From an uncultured bacterium (lineage in GTDB: Bacteria > Verrucomicrobiota > Kiritimatiellia > CAIVKH01): a stretch of 64,000 bases of DNA. The stretch lies in the NCBI GenBank assembly GCA_937958885.1, contig CALGMT010000026.1:32468-96467 (forward strand). The letters are read 5' to 3'. The notes below the pieces were generated by a model that was given only the letters and a program-made list of their open reading frames with translations, was not told the DNA's origin and made no database searches. Of the stretch, positions 22,368-32,331 are shown one piece after another (the stretch's first letter is position 1; every line of letters begins with the position of its first letter). The translations under genes and the position numbers were made by a program.

Positions 22368-24077
22368 ATGTCGGACGCGGAATTCAAAGATCCGTTTCTC
22401 CAGCAGTTGGTTGACGACGGGCTCATTAATCGTCAGCAGGCCGAGGAGGTCGCCGACGAGCACGAGCGCACCGGCAAGCCGGTGCGCGAAGTCCTCATCG
22501 ATATGGAGATCATCGATGAGATGACTTTGTTGCAGGCGATTGCGAGTCACCTGGGTACGCGCGTCATCGATCTTAGCCGCACGGAAATCAGTCCGTTTGT
22601 GCTCAAGTCGATTCCCGCGAGCGTCGCGCGGATGTACAACGTGGTGCCGATCGAGGCGGACGCGCATTCGGCCACACTGGCCACGTATGATTTGTTGACG
22701 CCGGACGTGGTGGACGAGCTCAATTTCGTGCTTACGCGCGATGTCTCGTTCGTCGTGGCCCGCGAGTCGGATATCCGCACGTATCTCAACCAACACTATG
22801 GCGACGCCAGCGAATCGGTGAACGACATGCTGTCGGCGCTGGAGAGCGAACTGGAGCACGTCGGCGAGACGGTGGGGCATGCCGGCGGCGATCAGACAGC
22901 CGAAATCGAGGAAATGGCGAATCAGGCGCCGGTCATCCGGTTCGTGAATCTCGTGCTGTTCCAAGCGGTCAAGGACCGCGCGTCCGACATTCATTTCGAG
23001 CCGTTCGAGACCGAATTCAAGATTCGCTATCGCGTGGACGGCGCGCTTTATGAGATGGCGCCGCCGCCGAAGCATCTCGCACTTCCAGTGATTTCGCGCA
23101 TCAAGGTCATTTCAGGGTTGAACATTGCAGAACGCCGCCTGCCGCAGGATGGGCGCATCCAGTTGCCGGTGGGAGGGCGGCAAATTGATTTCCGCGTCTC
23201 CACGCTGCCCACGCAGTTCGGCGAGAGCGTCGTGCTCCGCGTGCTCGATCGCAGCTCGGTTCAGCTCGACCTGCAGAACCTCGGGATGCCGGACGACGTA
23301 TTCAACGCCTTCTGCGCGGACATCGACAAGCCGAACGGTATCGTCGTCGTCACCGGTCCGACGGGTTCCGGCAAGACCACCACGCTGTATTCCGCGCTGC
23401 GACGCCTGAACACGATCGATTCGAAATTGCTCACCGCGGAAGAGCCGGTCGAATACGACATCGAAGGCATCATTCAGATTCCGGTTCACGATGCCATTGG
23501 ACTGACCTTCGCGCGCGTGCTGCGCGCCTTCCTGCGCCAAGATCCCGACATCATCATGGTCGGCGAAATTCGCGATAAGGAAACCGCGGAAATCGCCATC
23601 CAGGCCTCCCTCACCGGCCACTTGGTGTTTTCGACACTGCACACCAACGATGCGCCCGGCGCGGTGACCCGCTTGATCGACATGGGCGTCGAACCGTTCC
23701 TCATCTCGTCCACAATGGAAGGCGTGCTGGCGCAGCGGCTTGTCCGCACCATCTGTCAGGATTGCAAGGAACCGTATACGCCGGATAATGAGGTGCTGGA
23801 ACTCCTCGGGTTGCGCCGGGATCAGGTGCAGGACCGCCCCTTTTTCCACGGAACCGGCTGTGTGAAGTGCAACGAAACGGGATACCGCGGGCGTCGCGGC
23901 GTCTATGAGTATTTGCGGGTCACCGATCCGATTCGCGACCTGATCAACGAGCGGAAGCCGACCATCGTCATTCGCGACAAGGCGATGGAACTCGGCATGC
24001 GGACCCTGCGGCAGGACGGGATTCGCTGCATCTTGGACGGCTATACCACTGTCGAGGAAGTGTTGAAGTACACATAA
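22368..24077 (+). CDS. pilB: Type IV pilus assembly ATPase PilB/GspE (copy 2)
   Basis: Same motif set as copy 1; Asp box reads TAEEPVEY. Confidence 0.92.
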   Translation: MSDAEFKDPFLQQLVDDGLINRQQAEEVADEHERTGKPVREVLIDMEIIDEMTLLQAIASHLGTRVIDLSRTEISPFVLKSIPASVARMYNVVPIEADAHSATLATYDLLTPDVVDELNFVLTRDVSFVVARESDIRTYLNQHYGDASESVNDMLSALESELEHVGETVGHAGGDQTAEIEEMANQAPVIRFVNLVLFQAVKDRASDIHFEPFETEFKIRYRVDGALYEMAPPPKHLALPVISRIKVISGLNIAERRLPQDGRIQLPVGGRQIDFRVSTLPTQFGESVVLRVLDRSSVQLDLQNLGMPDDVFNAFCADIDKPNGIVVVTGPTGSGKTTTLYSALRRLNTIDSKLLTAEEPVEYDIEGIIQIPVHDAIGLTFARVLRAFLRQDPDIIMVGEIRDKETAEIAIQASLTGHLVFSTLHTNDAPGAVTRLIDMGVEPFLISSTMEGVLAQRLVRTICQDCKEPYTPDNEVLELLGLRRDQVQDRPFFHGTGCVKCNETGYRGRRGVYEYLRVTDPIRDLINERKPTIVIRDKAMELGMRTLRQDGIRCILDGYTTVEEVLKYT

Positions 24078-24107
24078 GACGCTCATGCGGGTAAAACGAT
24101 TAAGCGT

Positions 24108-24136
24108 TTGCCATCTCTTGAGCGAGCGGCTAGCAT
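24108..24136 (+). promoter_or_regulatory. Putative sigma70 promoter for pilC
   Basis: TTGCCA-17 bp-TAGCAT in the pilB2-pilC intergenic region. Confidence 0.45.
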
Positions 24137-24163
24137 TGGGCCAACTGTTTCGGATTATATAGC

Positions 24164-25474
24164 ATGCCGAAATTCAACTTTATAGCGCTTGATTCGCGCG
24201 GCCGCGAGAGCCAGGGCGAGGTCGAAGCGGACAACCAGACCATGGCGCTGGCCCGCATACGCGAGCGCGGCCTGTTCCCCACCAGCGTGACCGAGGCCGG
24301 AGCCAAGGCTCGCAAACCGGCGCCCGGCAAGCGCGCCACTGCAAAAGGCGGCGGCTCCGCGCTGAACATGAACATTGAGATCAAGATGCCCTCGTTCATG
24401 ATGAGCGTGAAGCCGAAGGAACTCATGGTGTTCACACGCCAGCTCGCGACGCTGGTGGACGCCGGGCTTCCGCTGGTCCGCAGCCTCGAAGTGCTCGGCA
24501 AGCAGGAGCGGAATCCATTGCTGCGCAAGGCGCTTCGCGAAATGGCCGAGGCCATTCAGTCCGGCAGCACCTTTGCCGAGGCCCTCGCGCAACACCCGAA
24601 AGTGTTCAACAAGCTCTATGTGAACATGGCCAAGGCAGGCGAAGTCGGCGGCGTGCTCGACAAGGTGCTGATCCGCCTCGCGGAGTTCATGGAGAAGGGC
24701 CAGAAGATCAAGAACAAGGTCACCAGCGCGATGGTCTATCCGATCGTCGTCATGGTGATGGCCGTAGGTATTCTGGCGTTCCTCATGGTGTTCATCATCC
24801 CGAAGTTCAAAGAGATCTTCTCCGAACTGCTGGAGGGCCAGGCGCTGCCGGGCCTTACGGAGTTTGTGATGGGCATCAGCTCCACGGTTGCGGGCATGGT
24901 GGACCTCGGCTTCATCCGTGTGCCCGGTATAATTCTGGTTATCACCGGCGTCTTTTTCCTCGTGTCGATCCTCAAGCTCGCGGCGAAAACGCAGACGGGC
25001 GCGTACATGCTCGACAATTTCAAACTGAACATGCCCGTGTTCGGGACGCTCGTGAAGAAAACGGCCGTAGGCCGGTTCACGCGAACGCTCGGCACGCTGA
25101 TGTCGTCCGGCGTGCCCGTGTTGCAGGCGCTCAATATCGTGCGCGACACGGCGGGCAATGAGGTGCTGGCCCGCGCGGTATCGAGCGTGCATGACGCGGT
25201 GAAAGAGGGCGAAAACATGGCCCCGCCGATCGAGGCGACGAAGGTCTTTCCTCCGATGGTCATCAGCATGGTACAGGTCGGCGAAGAAACCGGCGAGTTG
25301 CCCGAGATGTTGATGAAGATCGCCGACAACTACGACGATGAGGTGGACAACGCCGTCGCCGGCCTCACCTCCGTGATCGAGCCGCTGCTGATTGTCTTTC
25401 TCGCGCTCGTGGTCGGCACCATTGTGATCGCGCTGTTCCTTCCGCTGATCTCGATCATCGGCAAACTGAGCTGA
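24164..25474 (+). CDS. pilC: Type IV pilus/T2SS platform protein PilC/GspF
   Basis: FTRQLATLVDAGLPL, AGEVGGVL, AMVYP, GEETGEL, IEPLLIV. Confidence 0.94.
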   Translation: MPKFNFIALDSRGRESQGEVEADNQTMALARIRERGLFPTSVTEAGAKARKPAPGKRATAKGGGSALNMNIEIKMPSFMMSVKPKELMVFTRQLATLVDAGLPLVRSLEVLGKQERNPLLRKALREMAEAIQSGSTFAEALAQHPKVFNKLYVNMAKAGEVGGVLDKVLIRLAEFMEKGQKIKNKVTSAMVYPIVVMVMAVGILAFLMVFIIPKFKEIFSELLEGQALPGLTEFVMGISSTVAGMVDLGFIRVPGIILVITGVFFLVSILKLAAKTQTGAYMLDNFKLNMPVFGTLVKKTAVGRFTRTLGTLMSSGVPVLQALNIVRDTAGNEVLARAVSSVHDAVKEGENMAPPIEATKVFPPMVISMVQVGEETGELPEMLMKIADNYDDEVDNAVAGLTSVIEPLLIVFLALVVGTIVIALFLPLISIIGKLS

Positions 25475-25483
25475 TCCGCCGCC

Positions 25484-26083
25484 GTGCAACCGGACGGCCA
25501 GCGTGCGAACGATACCCCCGCCGCTTCGCCCGCGCGCGCGCGCTGGACCCGCGCCGAGTGGGTGATTGTCGCCGCATTGCTGCTGGCCGCGCTCTCGACG
25601 GTTTGGCCCGCGATCGCCGTGTTCCGTAGCCGACAACGCATTGCGATGGCGCGCCACGATGTGTTCGCCCTGCAGCGCGCGATCATGCGCTATCACCGGG
25701 AATACGGCGCATGGCCGGCGGACGCCGGCGGTCGCAACGTGGACTTGCGATTCGGCGGGCGACGCCCGAACGCGGAGGTTCTGCGCGTCCTTCGCGCGGA
25801 GGCCGGACCGGGAAACACGGACCATGAAATGAACGCGCAGCGGATGATCTTCATCGAGGTGGAGCCTTATGTGCGCGGCTACTCCGGGCTGGATGCGACC
25901 GGCGAATTTCTCGACCCTTGGGGCACGCCCTACCAGATCGTGCTCGACACCAGTTACGACAACGCCGCGCAGGTGGACAACAGCGTGTATGGCCGCGTGC
26001 CCGGCGTCGGCGTCCTCGTCTGGTCCCTCGGGCCCGACCGGAAATCCGAAACGCGCGACGACATCCTGTCGTGGAAGCGGTGA
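25484..26083 (+). CDS. Pilin/pseudopilin-like protein (GspG-like C-terminus)
   Basis: N-terminal hydrophobic helix after WTRAE, LDPWGTPY, WSLGPD; follows pilC. Confidence 0.7.
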   Translation: MQPDGQRANDTPAASPARARWTRAEWVIVAALLLAALSTVWPAIAVFRSRQRIAMARHDVFALQRAIMRYHREYGAWPADAGGRNVDLRFGGRRPNAEVLRVLRAEAGPGNTDHEMNAQRMIFIEVEPYVRGYSGLDATGEFLDPWGTPYQIVLDTSYDNAAQVDNSVYGRVPGVGVLVWSLGPDRKSETRDDILSWKR

Positions 26084-26101
26084 GCGCAAGTCCAGCGCGA
26101 T

Positions 26102-27049
26102 CTATCCGTCGATCGACGTCACACGCACCCGCGATAGCAGCGCTTCCACATCGGCGCGATCGAAGAGCGCGGGGATTTCCGACATCGCATTCGCGGAACC
26201 GCATGCGATCCCCCATACGGCGGACGCGATGGCCGAACGCCCGGTCGTCAACCCATGTAGAAGGCCCGCCGTCACCGAATCGCCGCTGCCGATCGGGTTG
26301 AGCGCCTTCACGGTAGGCGGCTGGATGCGCCATGACGATTCGCCCGCGAGCAGGCAGCATTCATCCGCGCCCGCAGTGACCAGCACATTCTGCGCGCCTC
26401 GTGCGCGAAGCGCGCGCATGGCCGCCATGCAAGAGGTCGGATCGCGCGCGGGCAAGCCGGTGGTGATCTCCAATTCCTCGCTGTTGAGCTTCACCCAGTC
26501 GGGCTTCGTGTCCAGGGCCGCGCGAAGCGGCGCGCCTTGCGAATCGATCAGCAGCGCGAGTCCGGCCTTGCGCGCGCCGCGGGCGATCTCCATCAGACGC
26601 TCGGCCGGCGCGCCCGGCGGCAAGGCGCCGCTGATTGCGAGCCAGGAGCACTCCGGCGCTTGTTCCGCGAAAAGCCGATCGAACGTCGCCCACTCGCCGA
26701 GCGTGGGCGGTGCGGCCTCCTCCACCCACTCGGTTACGCGCGTACCGTCGCCCTCGACCGCGGTGTGGCAATGCCGCGTTTCCGCCTCCGTCTCGATCCA
26801 GTGGGCATCCACACCGAGATCGTTCAGGGCGCGCGCGATGAATGCGCCAGACGGGCCGCCCCGAAATCCGATAAGGCGCGGGCGCGCGCCGAGCCGCGCG
26901 AGGGCGGCGGCGACGTTGACCCCCTTGCCGGCGGCAGATATTCGGGTTCGTCGCGCGCGGTTCACCTCGCCTGGGCGCATGGCCTCCATAAACAGAGTGC
27001 GCTGAACCGCCGGGGTCAGCGCGAGACAGAGAATCGGGCCGACGCTCAT
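26102..27049 (-). CDS. 1-phosphofructokinase/tagatose-6-P kinase family (PfkB)
   Basis: AAGKGVNVA, SGALPPG, KLNSEE, NPIGSGDS. Confidence 0.88.
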   Translation of the reverse strand: MSVGPILCLALTPAVQRTLFMEAMRPGEVNRARRTRISAAGKGVNVAAALARLGARPRLIGFRGGPSGAFIARALNDLGVDAHWIETEAETRHCHTAVEGDGTRVTEWVEEAAPPTLGEWATFDRLFAEQAPECSWLAISGALPPGAPAERLMEIARGARKAGLALLIDSQGAPLRAALDTKPDWVKLNSEELEITTGLPARDPTSCMAAMRALRARGAQNVLVTAGADECCLLAGESSWRIQPPTVKALNPIGSGDSVTAGLLHGLTTGRSAIASAVWGIACGSANAMSEIPALFDRADVEALLSRVRVTSIDG

Positions 27050-27966
27050 TGCGCGCGCGGGGTCGCACGGATCATCGGTTCCATAGCGTGTAAAAGTTGG
27101 ACCTCGCGAAAGTCCTCGATCACCTCGTCAAAAAGTCGCCACGCCTCCGTGTGAACGGCGCGCGCGCCGGGTTTGAGCGCGGTCAACGGGGCGAGTGTTT
27201 CCAGTTCCAGAATCTCGCTGTTCGTGAAGACCTCGGCATTGCACCCCATGTCCGGATAAACGGCCTGCGGGTCATGCGTATGCCGCTTGATGAACGTGCC
27301 GAAGGGCAGGGCGTAGGCCATCCACGCGGGCGAGGAGCGAAACCCAATCTTCTGCGGCAGCTCGGCGCGCGGGTCTTGGCGCAGTTGGATAAAATTCTCC
27401 CCCCACGTCCAGCGGGGATCGTTCATCTTGGTGTACTTCCAAAGGACCAATGGGCGGGCGGGCAGCAGATGGCGCGTGTGCGATCCGTAGGGTTCCTGGG
27501 GCAGCACAGCGATGCCGCCGGGCGCCATCACCGAGAGCGCCCACGGCGCGACGGACTGCGTCGTGCGGCCTCGATTGATGAGCGTGTGGGTCAAGTGGAC
27601 CGCGCCGCCGACGAGACGGATATCGAGCTGCTTCTGAAGTCCGCTTGGCTTATCGGGCTTTTGAATCAGGCGAAGCGTATTCCCGTCCCATTCCCATGGC
27701 ACGGGATCGTTGTCCGGGACGTATGTCAGCGGTTTAGACTCCGGCGCAATCCAGAACCGGTGACCGCCGAAAATGCGCCATTTCGACCCGCGCGTCTGAC
27801 CGAGCTGATTTTCGAACTCGCGGAAAACATTTTTGCCGTCCACGCGGCCGAATCGGATCACCCGCGGTCCGACATCCGCGGTGACGATCAACTCCGTTCG
27901 GCCGTCTGAGAGACGAAGACAATTCGGCCAGCCGGCATATTCGATGAGGGAAAGATTTGTTTTCAT
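27046..27966 (-). CDS. Hypothetical protein, galactose-mutarotase-like (DUF4380-like)
   Basis: DVGPRVIRF, GGHRFWIAPE, ELETLAPL; translationally coupled to the kinase. Confidence 0.65.
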   Translation of the reverse strand: MKTNLSLIEYAGWPNCLRLSDGRTELIVTADVGPRVIRFGRVDGKNVFREFENQLGQTRGSKWRIFGGHRFWIAPESKPLTYVPDNDPVPWEWDGNTLRLIQKPDKPSGLQKQLDIRLVGGAVHLTHTLINRGRTTQSVAPWALSVMAPGGIAVLPQEPYGSHTRHLLPARPLVLWKYTKMNDPRWTWGENFIQLRQDPRAELPQKIGFRSSPAWMAYALPFGTFIKRHTHDPQAVYPDMGCNAEVFTNSEILELETLAPLTALKPGARAVHTEAWRLFDEVIEDFREVQLLHAMEPMIRATPRAQ

Positions 27967-28116
27967 AAAGCGTATTGGGACGGCGCCACGTTCATTCATC
28001 GGAATCTGCATCTCAATCGGCATCGCGCCCGAGCGATGGCGTTGTATATCGGATGTGGACGAAAATGCAAAAGAATGGCTTTGGATGCCAGCCCATTTGC
28101 GCAGCCTCGCTCGCCC

Positions 28117-28401
28117 CCAAAAGGGGTCAAACGATGAATGTTAACGTCGGGAAAATCGGGATGCCAACGGGGTCCGGGCAGAGCGTCAGTCCGTGTGTAT
28201 GGGCATTTGGACTTGATGCAAGAGGAGATGAGAGCATGAACAGATGCTGAGAGGCATGCGAACAGCGCCGTCGCAGGTCTATGCATGACGCGGTCTGGCG
28301 TTTTCTGTGCGATTTCAGCGGACGAAGCGGCGCTGCTGCAGCTCCGGCGCTCTGCCGCCGGAGATCAACGGCCCTGCACTTCCGCCGGCAGAGCGGCGAA
28401 A
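28117..28401. repeat. ~280-bp structured intergenic element, copy 2 (inverted relative to copy 1)
   Basis: Begins CCAAAAGGGGTCAAACGATGAATGTTAACGTCG, the reverse complement of the end of copy 1; hairpin stems shared. Confidence 0.85.
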
Positions 28402-28546
28402 CTGCAGCGTGGAATCGCACTCGATATTCGCCGACAAGGCAGCGTAAATACAGCTTGGTCTGAAAACGCCACTCAGCCCTCAACGCCGCTGTAATGGCGC
28501 CGCGACATTCATCTTCGCAGCGTTGCGACACCGAACTGTTCCGGCT

Positions 28547-29326
28547 ATGCTGTCCACCATGTTTTGGCGCCGCCTGTTCCTTCTGCCGGCCGCGCTCCTC
28601 GCGATCGGAGCGCTGTCCGCGCGCGCCTCGGGCGATGCGGCGTATGCGCGCCTGCTCGCCGCTCATGTTCGCGACGGATTGGTCGATTACAAGGGCCTCA
28701 AGGCGAACCGCATGGACCTCGATGCCGCGCTTCGCGCGTACGCAGATGTCTCTGAGCGCGAGTTTGCCGGGTGGACCGTCCCGCAGCGACTCGCATACCT
28801 CATCAACTTATACAACATGACAGTCCTCAAGATTGTGGTGGACGATTACCCGCTCTCCAGCATCCGCAAAGCCGGCGGTTGGTTCAGCGGCGACCCGTTC
28901 GAGTGGAAAGCCGTCTCCCTCTTCGGCCATCGCATCTCGCTCAATCTCCTGCTGCGAAACTACATCCGGCGCGATTACGCCGAACCCGGCGTACACTTGG
29001 CGCTCTGCCAGGGCGCGCGCGCGAGTCCGCCGCTCCGCGCGGAGCCGTACGACGGGGAGCGCTTCTATGAGCAGATCGCCGATCAGGCCCGCGTCTTTCT
29101 CGCTCGCGCGCCGCACAACCGCATCGACACGCAGCGGCGCCGGATGCATCTTTCCCCCGTGTTCAAATGGTACGCATCCGATTTCGCGCGCCAGACGGGC
29201 GGCGTCGAGGGCTACGTGCGCATGATCGCGCCTGCAGAGTGGGGCGTGCGCGACGTGGCCGGGCGGTTTTCCATTTCCTATTCTGATTTCGACTGGCGTC
29301 TGAATGACCTCGCGCCCCGCCGCTAA
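28547..29326 (+). CDS. DUF547 domain secreted protein
   Basis: Signal peptide, GLVDYKGL, LAYLINLYN, VHLALC..ASPPLR, SPVFKWY, FDWRLN. Confidence 0.85.
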   Translation: MLSTMFWRRLFLLPAALLAIGALSARASGDAAYARLLAAHVRDGLVDYKGLKANRMDLDAALRAYADVSEREFAGWTVPQRLAYLINLYNMTVLKIVVDDYPLSSIRKAGGWFSGDPFEWKAVSLFGHRISLNLLLRNYIRRDYAEPGVHLALCQGARASPPLRAEPYDGERFYEQIADQARVFLARAPHNRIDTQRRRMHLSPVFKWYASDFARQTGGVEGYVRMIAPAEWGVRDVAGRFSISYSDFDWRLNDLAPRR

Positions 29327-30900
29327 TGAGCGCGCCGACACCCACCGCTGCCCCCGTCGAAGAATCCGCGATCCCCGCGTTCCCGGCGATGCGCCTCGCG
29401 CAGCCGGTGACGATTACGATTCTCGGCGCGTCGGGCGACCTCACGCGGCGCAAGTTGCTGCCCGCCCTTTATGCGATGTACGCGCAGGGCCTGCTGCCGA
29501 AGGAATTCGCCATCGTCGGCGTCGCTCGACGCGAGCACGACGATAACTCATTTCGCGCCTTCGCCGAGGAAGCGCTGCGCGCGTTCGCGCGGCTGCCGGT
29601 CCGCGACGAAGTCCTGCGCAGCTTCTGCGCGCGACTTCACTACCACCGCGGCGACATCGAACAATACGAGGCCTATCGCAGCCTGCATGCGCGCCTGTTC
29701 GACCGCCGCCTGTTCCCGCCCCATCGACTCTTCTATCTGTCCATCCGCCCTGAGCTGTTTTCCCCGGTGCTCGGCCACATGAAGGCTGCAGGCCTAGTCG
29801 AACCGCACGACGCGGAACACTGGACGCGCGTGGTCATCGAGAAGCCCTTCGGCCATGACCTCGACTCCGCGCGCGCGCTGAACCGCGACGTCCTCACGCA
29901 CCTGCACGAGTCGCAGGTCTTTCGCATCGACCATTATCTCGGCAAGGAGACGGTCCAGAACATCCTCTCATTCCGGTTCGCCAACGCGATTTTCGAGCCG
30001 CTCTTCAACAGCCACCTCGTGGACCACATCCAAATCACTGCCGCCGAGACTGTCGGCATGGAGAGCGGGCGCGGCGCCTACTACGATGCCAGCGGCGCGC
30101 TGCGCGACATGCTGCAGAACCACCTGCTCCAGTTGATGTGCCTCGTCACGATGGAGCCGCCCGCCAGCCTCACCGCGGAGGCGCTGCACAACGAGAAGGT
30201 CAAGGTGCTGCAATCGATCCGCCCGCTCGATGAAGCGACCTTGCCTGCGGCGGTCGTGCGCGCGCAGTACCGCGCGGGCGTCCAAAACGGCGCAGCCGTG
30301 CCCAGCTATCGCGAGGAGGAGCGCATCGCCCAGGACTCGAAGACTGAGACCTACGTCGCGCTGCGTTTGCACATCGATAATTGGCGCTGGGCCGGCGCGC
30401 CGATTTATCTGAGAACCGGCAAGCGCCTCGCCCGCCGCGTCACCGAGATTGCGGTGCAGTTCAAGAAACCGCCGCTGCAGTTGTTTCAACTCGTCGAATG
30501 CGAAGGCGACGTCTGCGATTTGACCGGCGCGAGTCCGAACCAACTGGTGTTTCGCATCCAGCCCGACGAGGGCATTTCGCTTCAGTTCGCCGCCAAGCGG
30601 CCCGTGATGCAACTGCAGGTGGAAAACGTCGCGATGGATTTCTCCTATTCCGCCACCTGGCGCAAGCAGTTGCCCGAGGCCTACGAGCGGCTGCTGCTCG
30701 ACGTGTTGCGCGGCGACTCGACGTTGTTCACACGATCCGACGAGGTGGAGGCCGCCTGGCGCGTCGTCGATCCGATCTTATCCGCGTGGTCCTCGAACCC
30801 CGACTTTCCGCTCGCGTTCTACGCCCCCGGAAGCTGGGGCCCCGCCGAAGCCGACGCGCTGTTCACCGGCCCGGATCAGTCGTGGCGCAATCCGGCGTAA
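29326..30900 (+). CDS. zwf: Glucose-6-phosphate 1-dehydrogenase
   Basis: GASGDLTRRKL, IEKPFG, RIDHYLGKE, RTGKRL. Confidence 0.97.
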   Translation: MSAPTPTAAPVEESAIPAFPAMRLAQPVTITILGASGDLTRRKLLPALYAMYAQGLLPKEFAIVGVARREHDDNSFRAFAEEALRAFARLPVRDEVLRSFCARLHYHRGDIEQYEAYRSLHARLFDRRLFPPHRLFYLSIRPELFSPVLGHMKAAGLVEPHDAEHWTRVVIEKPFGHDLDSARALNRDVLTHLHESQVFRIDHYLGKETVQNILSFRFANAIFEPLFNSHLVDHIQITAAETVGMESGRGAYYDASGALRDMLQNHLLQLMCLVTMEPPASLTAEALHNEKVKVLQSIRPLDEATLPAAVVRAQYRAGVQNGAAVPSYREEERIAQDSKTETYVALRLHIDNWRWAGAPIYLRTGKRLARRVTEIAVQFKKPPLQLFQLVECEGDVCDLTGASPNQLVFRIQPDEGISLQFAAKRPVMQLQVENVAMDFSYSATWRKQLPEAYERLLLDVLRGDSTLFTRSDEVEAAWRVVDPILSAWSSNPDFPLAFYAPGSWGPAEADALFTGPDQSWRNPA

Positions 30901-31059
30901 TGAATTCGGGAAACGGAAGACGGAAAACAGAAGAATTTCCAGGTCTTTTGTGCTGCAGGCGCGGGCGCAAGAACCCGCCGAGATCGGATCAACGCATGCC
31001 CTGCGTGCGGCTATCGGGCCGTAAATCGAAACCCTAACCCCGGCCCTATTCCGCGCGGC

Positions 31060-31170
31060 GGGAGGGGGAGGGGGAGGGAGAGGGAGAGGGAGAGGGAGCG
31101 GGAGCGGGAGAGGGAGAGCGAGAGGGAGAGGGAGAGGGAGAGCGAGAGGGAGGAAGAGCGAGGGAGAGGG
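31060..31170 (+). repeat. Polypurine (GGGAGA)n-type microsatellite
   Basis: About 110 nt of GGGAGA/GGGAGC/GCGAGA units with no T. Confidence 0.9.
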
Positions 31171-31173
31171 CAT

Positions 31174-31254
31174 TTCCATGCTCTGTAAAAACTTTTTTAA
31201 GAACTTCCATGCTCTGTAAAAAATTAATTTGCGGCTTCCATGCTCTGTAAAAAA
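31174..31254. repeat. TTCCATGCTCTGTAAAAA x3, 31-bp period
   Basis: Exact 18-mer at 31174, 31205 and 31236 with variable 13-nt linkers. Confidence 0.92.
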
Positions 31255-31274
31255 TTTGTTTGCCGCGCGCGCCG

Positions 31275-31463
31275 TCAAAACGGCTCGAAGGCTTTCTTGA
31301 GCGCGAGGCAAAGAGGGCAGACCCAGCCGTCGGGCAGCGCCTGGAACGGTGTGCCGGGCGCGATGCCGTGTTCGGGATCGCCCATTTGCGGGTCGTACAC
31401 ATACCCGCAGCAGGTGCAGACCCAACGCTCCGCCGTAACCGGGGTTTCGTCTTTCGTTGTCAT
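31275..31463 (-). CDS. Rubredoxin
   Basis: [12 protein letters not shown]...[17 protein letters not shown]. Confidence 0.92.
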   Translation of the reverse strand: MTTKDETPVTAERWVCTCCGYVYDPQMGDPEHGIAPGTPFQALPDGWVCPLCLALKKAFEPF

Positions 31464-31524
31464 GGCTTCGGCACCATAATACAAGACGCGCGCGGGTCAA
31501 GCGATCCCAGGGAGAAAAGGTCCG

Positions 31525-32331
31525 ATGAAGAAGAATGCACAGATCATCACCGGTTTGGGCGAGGGCGAGGTCGCGGGATACGCTTTCCTGCCGGGCGACC
31601 CCGGGCGCGTGCCGAAAATCAGCGAGGGGTGGGACGATCTGCAGGAGGTGTGCCGCGTTCGGGAATACGTGGTGCACACGGGCCGTGTGCAGGGCGTCCG
31701 AATGACCGCCGCATCCACAGGCATCGGCGGGCCGTCGCTCGCGATCCTCGTCGAGGAACTCGCGAAACTCGGCACGCACACGTTCATCCGCGTCGGCAAC
31801 AGCGGCGCGATTGCGGATGAAGTGGAATTGGGCGATTACGTCATCTCGACCGGCGCGGTTCGCGACGAGGGCACCTCGCGCACGTACGTCGGCCTCGAAT
31901 ATCCGGCCGTCGCGGACTATCGCGTGGTGTCGGCGCTGGTGGAGGCCGCGCGCGAGTCGGGGCAGCGGTATCACACGGGGGTCACGGTTTCTACAGATGG
32001 TTTCTATTCCCGCAACAAAGTGGTCGGGGAGGGCGGGCGCATCCTGCCGATGTCGTTCGGCGGCTATGAGCAACTCGGCATGAACGATGTGTGCGCGAAT
32101 TGGAAGCGCGCGCGGGTGCTGAATGTGGAGATGGAGTCGGCGACGTTGTTCACGATGTGCAATCTCTTCGGCCTTCGCGCGGGCACGATCTGCACCGTTT
32201 CGGATCGCACGCCGTGGACCGCGCCCGGACAGGACGCGTTGTCGCTCGACAAAAATATCCGCGGCGCAATCCAGATCGCGATCCAGGCCGCCTTGATACT
32301 TGAACGCGCAGGGACCCGCGATTCAGCATGA
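31525..32331 (+). CDS. udp: Nucleoside (uridine-like) phosphorylase
   Basis: [31 protein letters not shown]. Confidence 0.85.
   Translation: MKKNAQIITGLGEGEVAGYAFLPGDPGRVPKISEGWDDLQEVCRVREYVVHTGRVQGVRMTAASTGIGGPSLAILVEELAKLGTHTFIRVGNSGAIADEVELGDYVISTGAVRDEGTSRTYVGLEYPAVADYRVVSALVEAARESGQRYHTGVTVSTDGFYSRNKVVGEGGRILPMSFGGYEQLGMNDVCANWKRARVLNVEMESATLFTMCNLFGLRAGTICTVSDRTPWTAPGQDALSLDKNIRGAIQIAIQAALILERAGTRDSA

Noticed and set aside
31174..31254. Mini-CRISPR interpretation of the 18-bp repeats with variable linkers
   Set aside because: Repeats (18 nt) and linkers (13 nt) are too short, the linkers are low-complexity, arrays have only 2-3 units and there are no cas genes
30778..32073. 431-aa minus-strand ORF with a PLPLPL run
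   Set aside because: Translation of the microsatellite and antisense to udp; spurious
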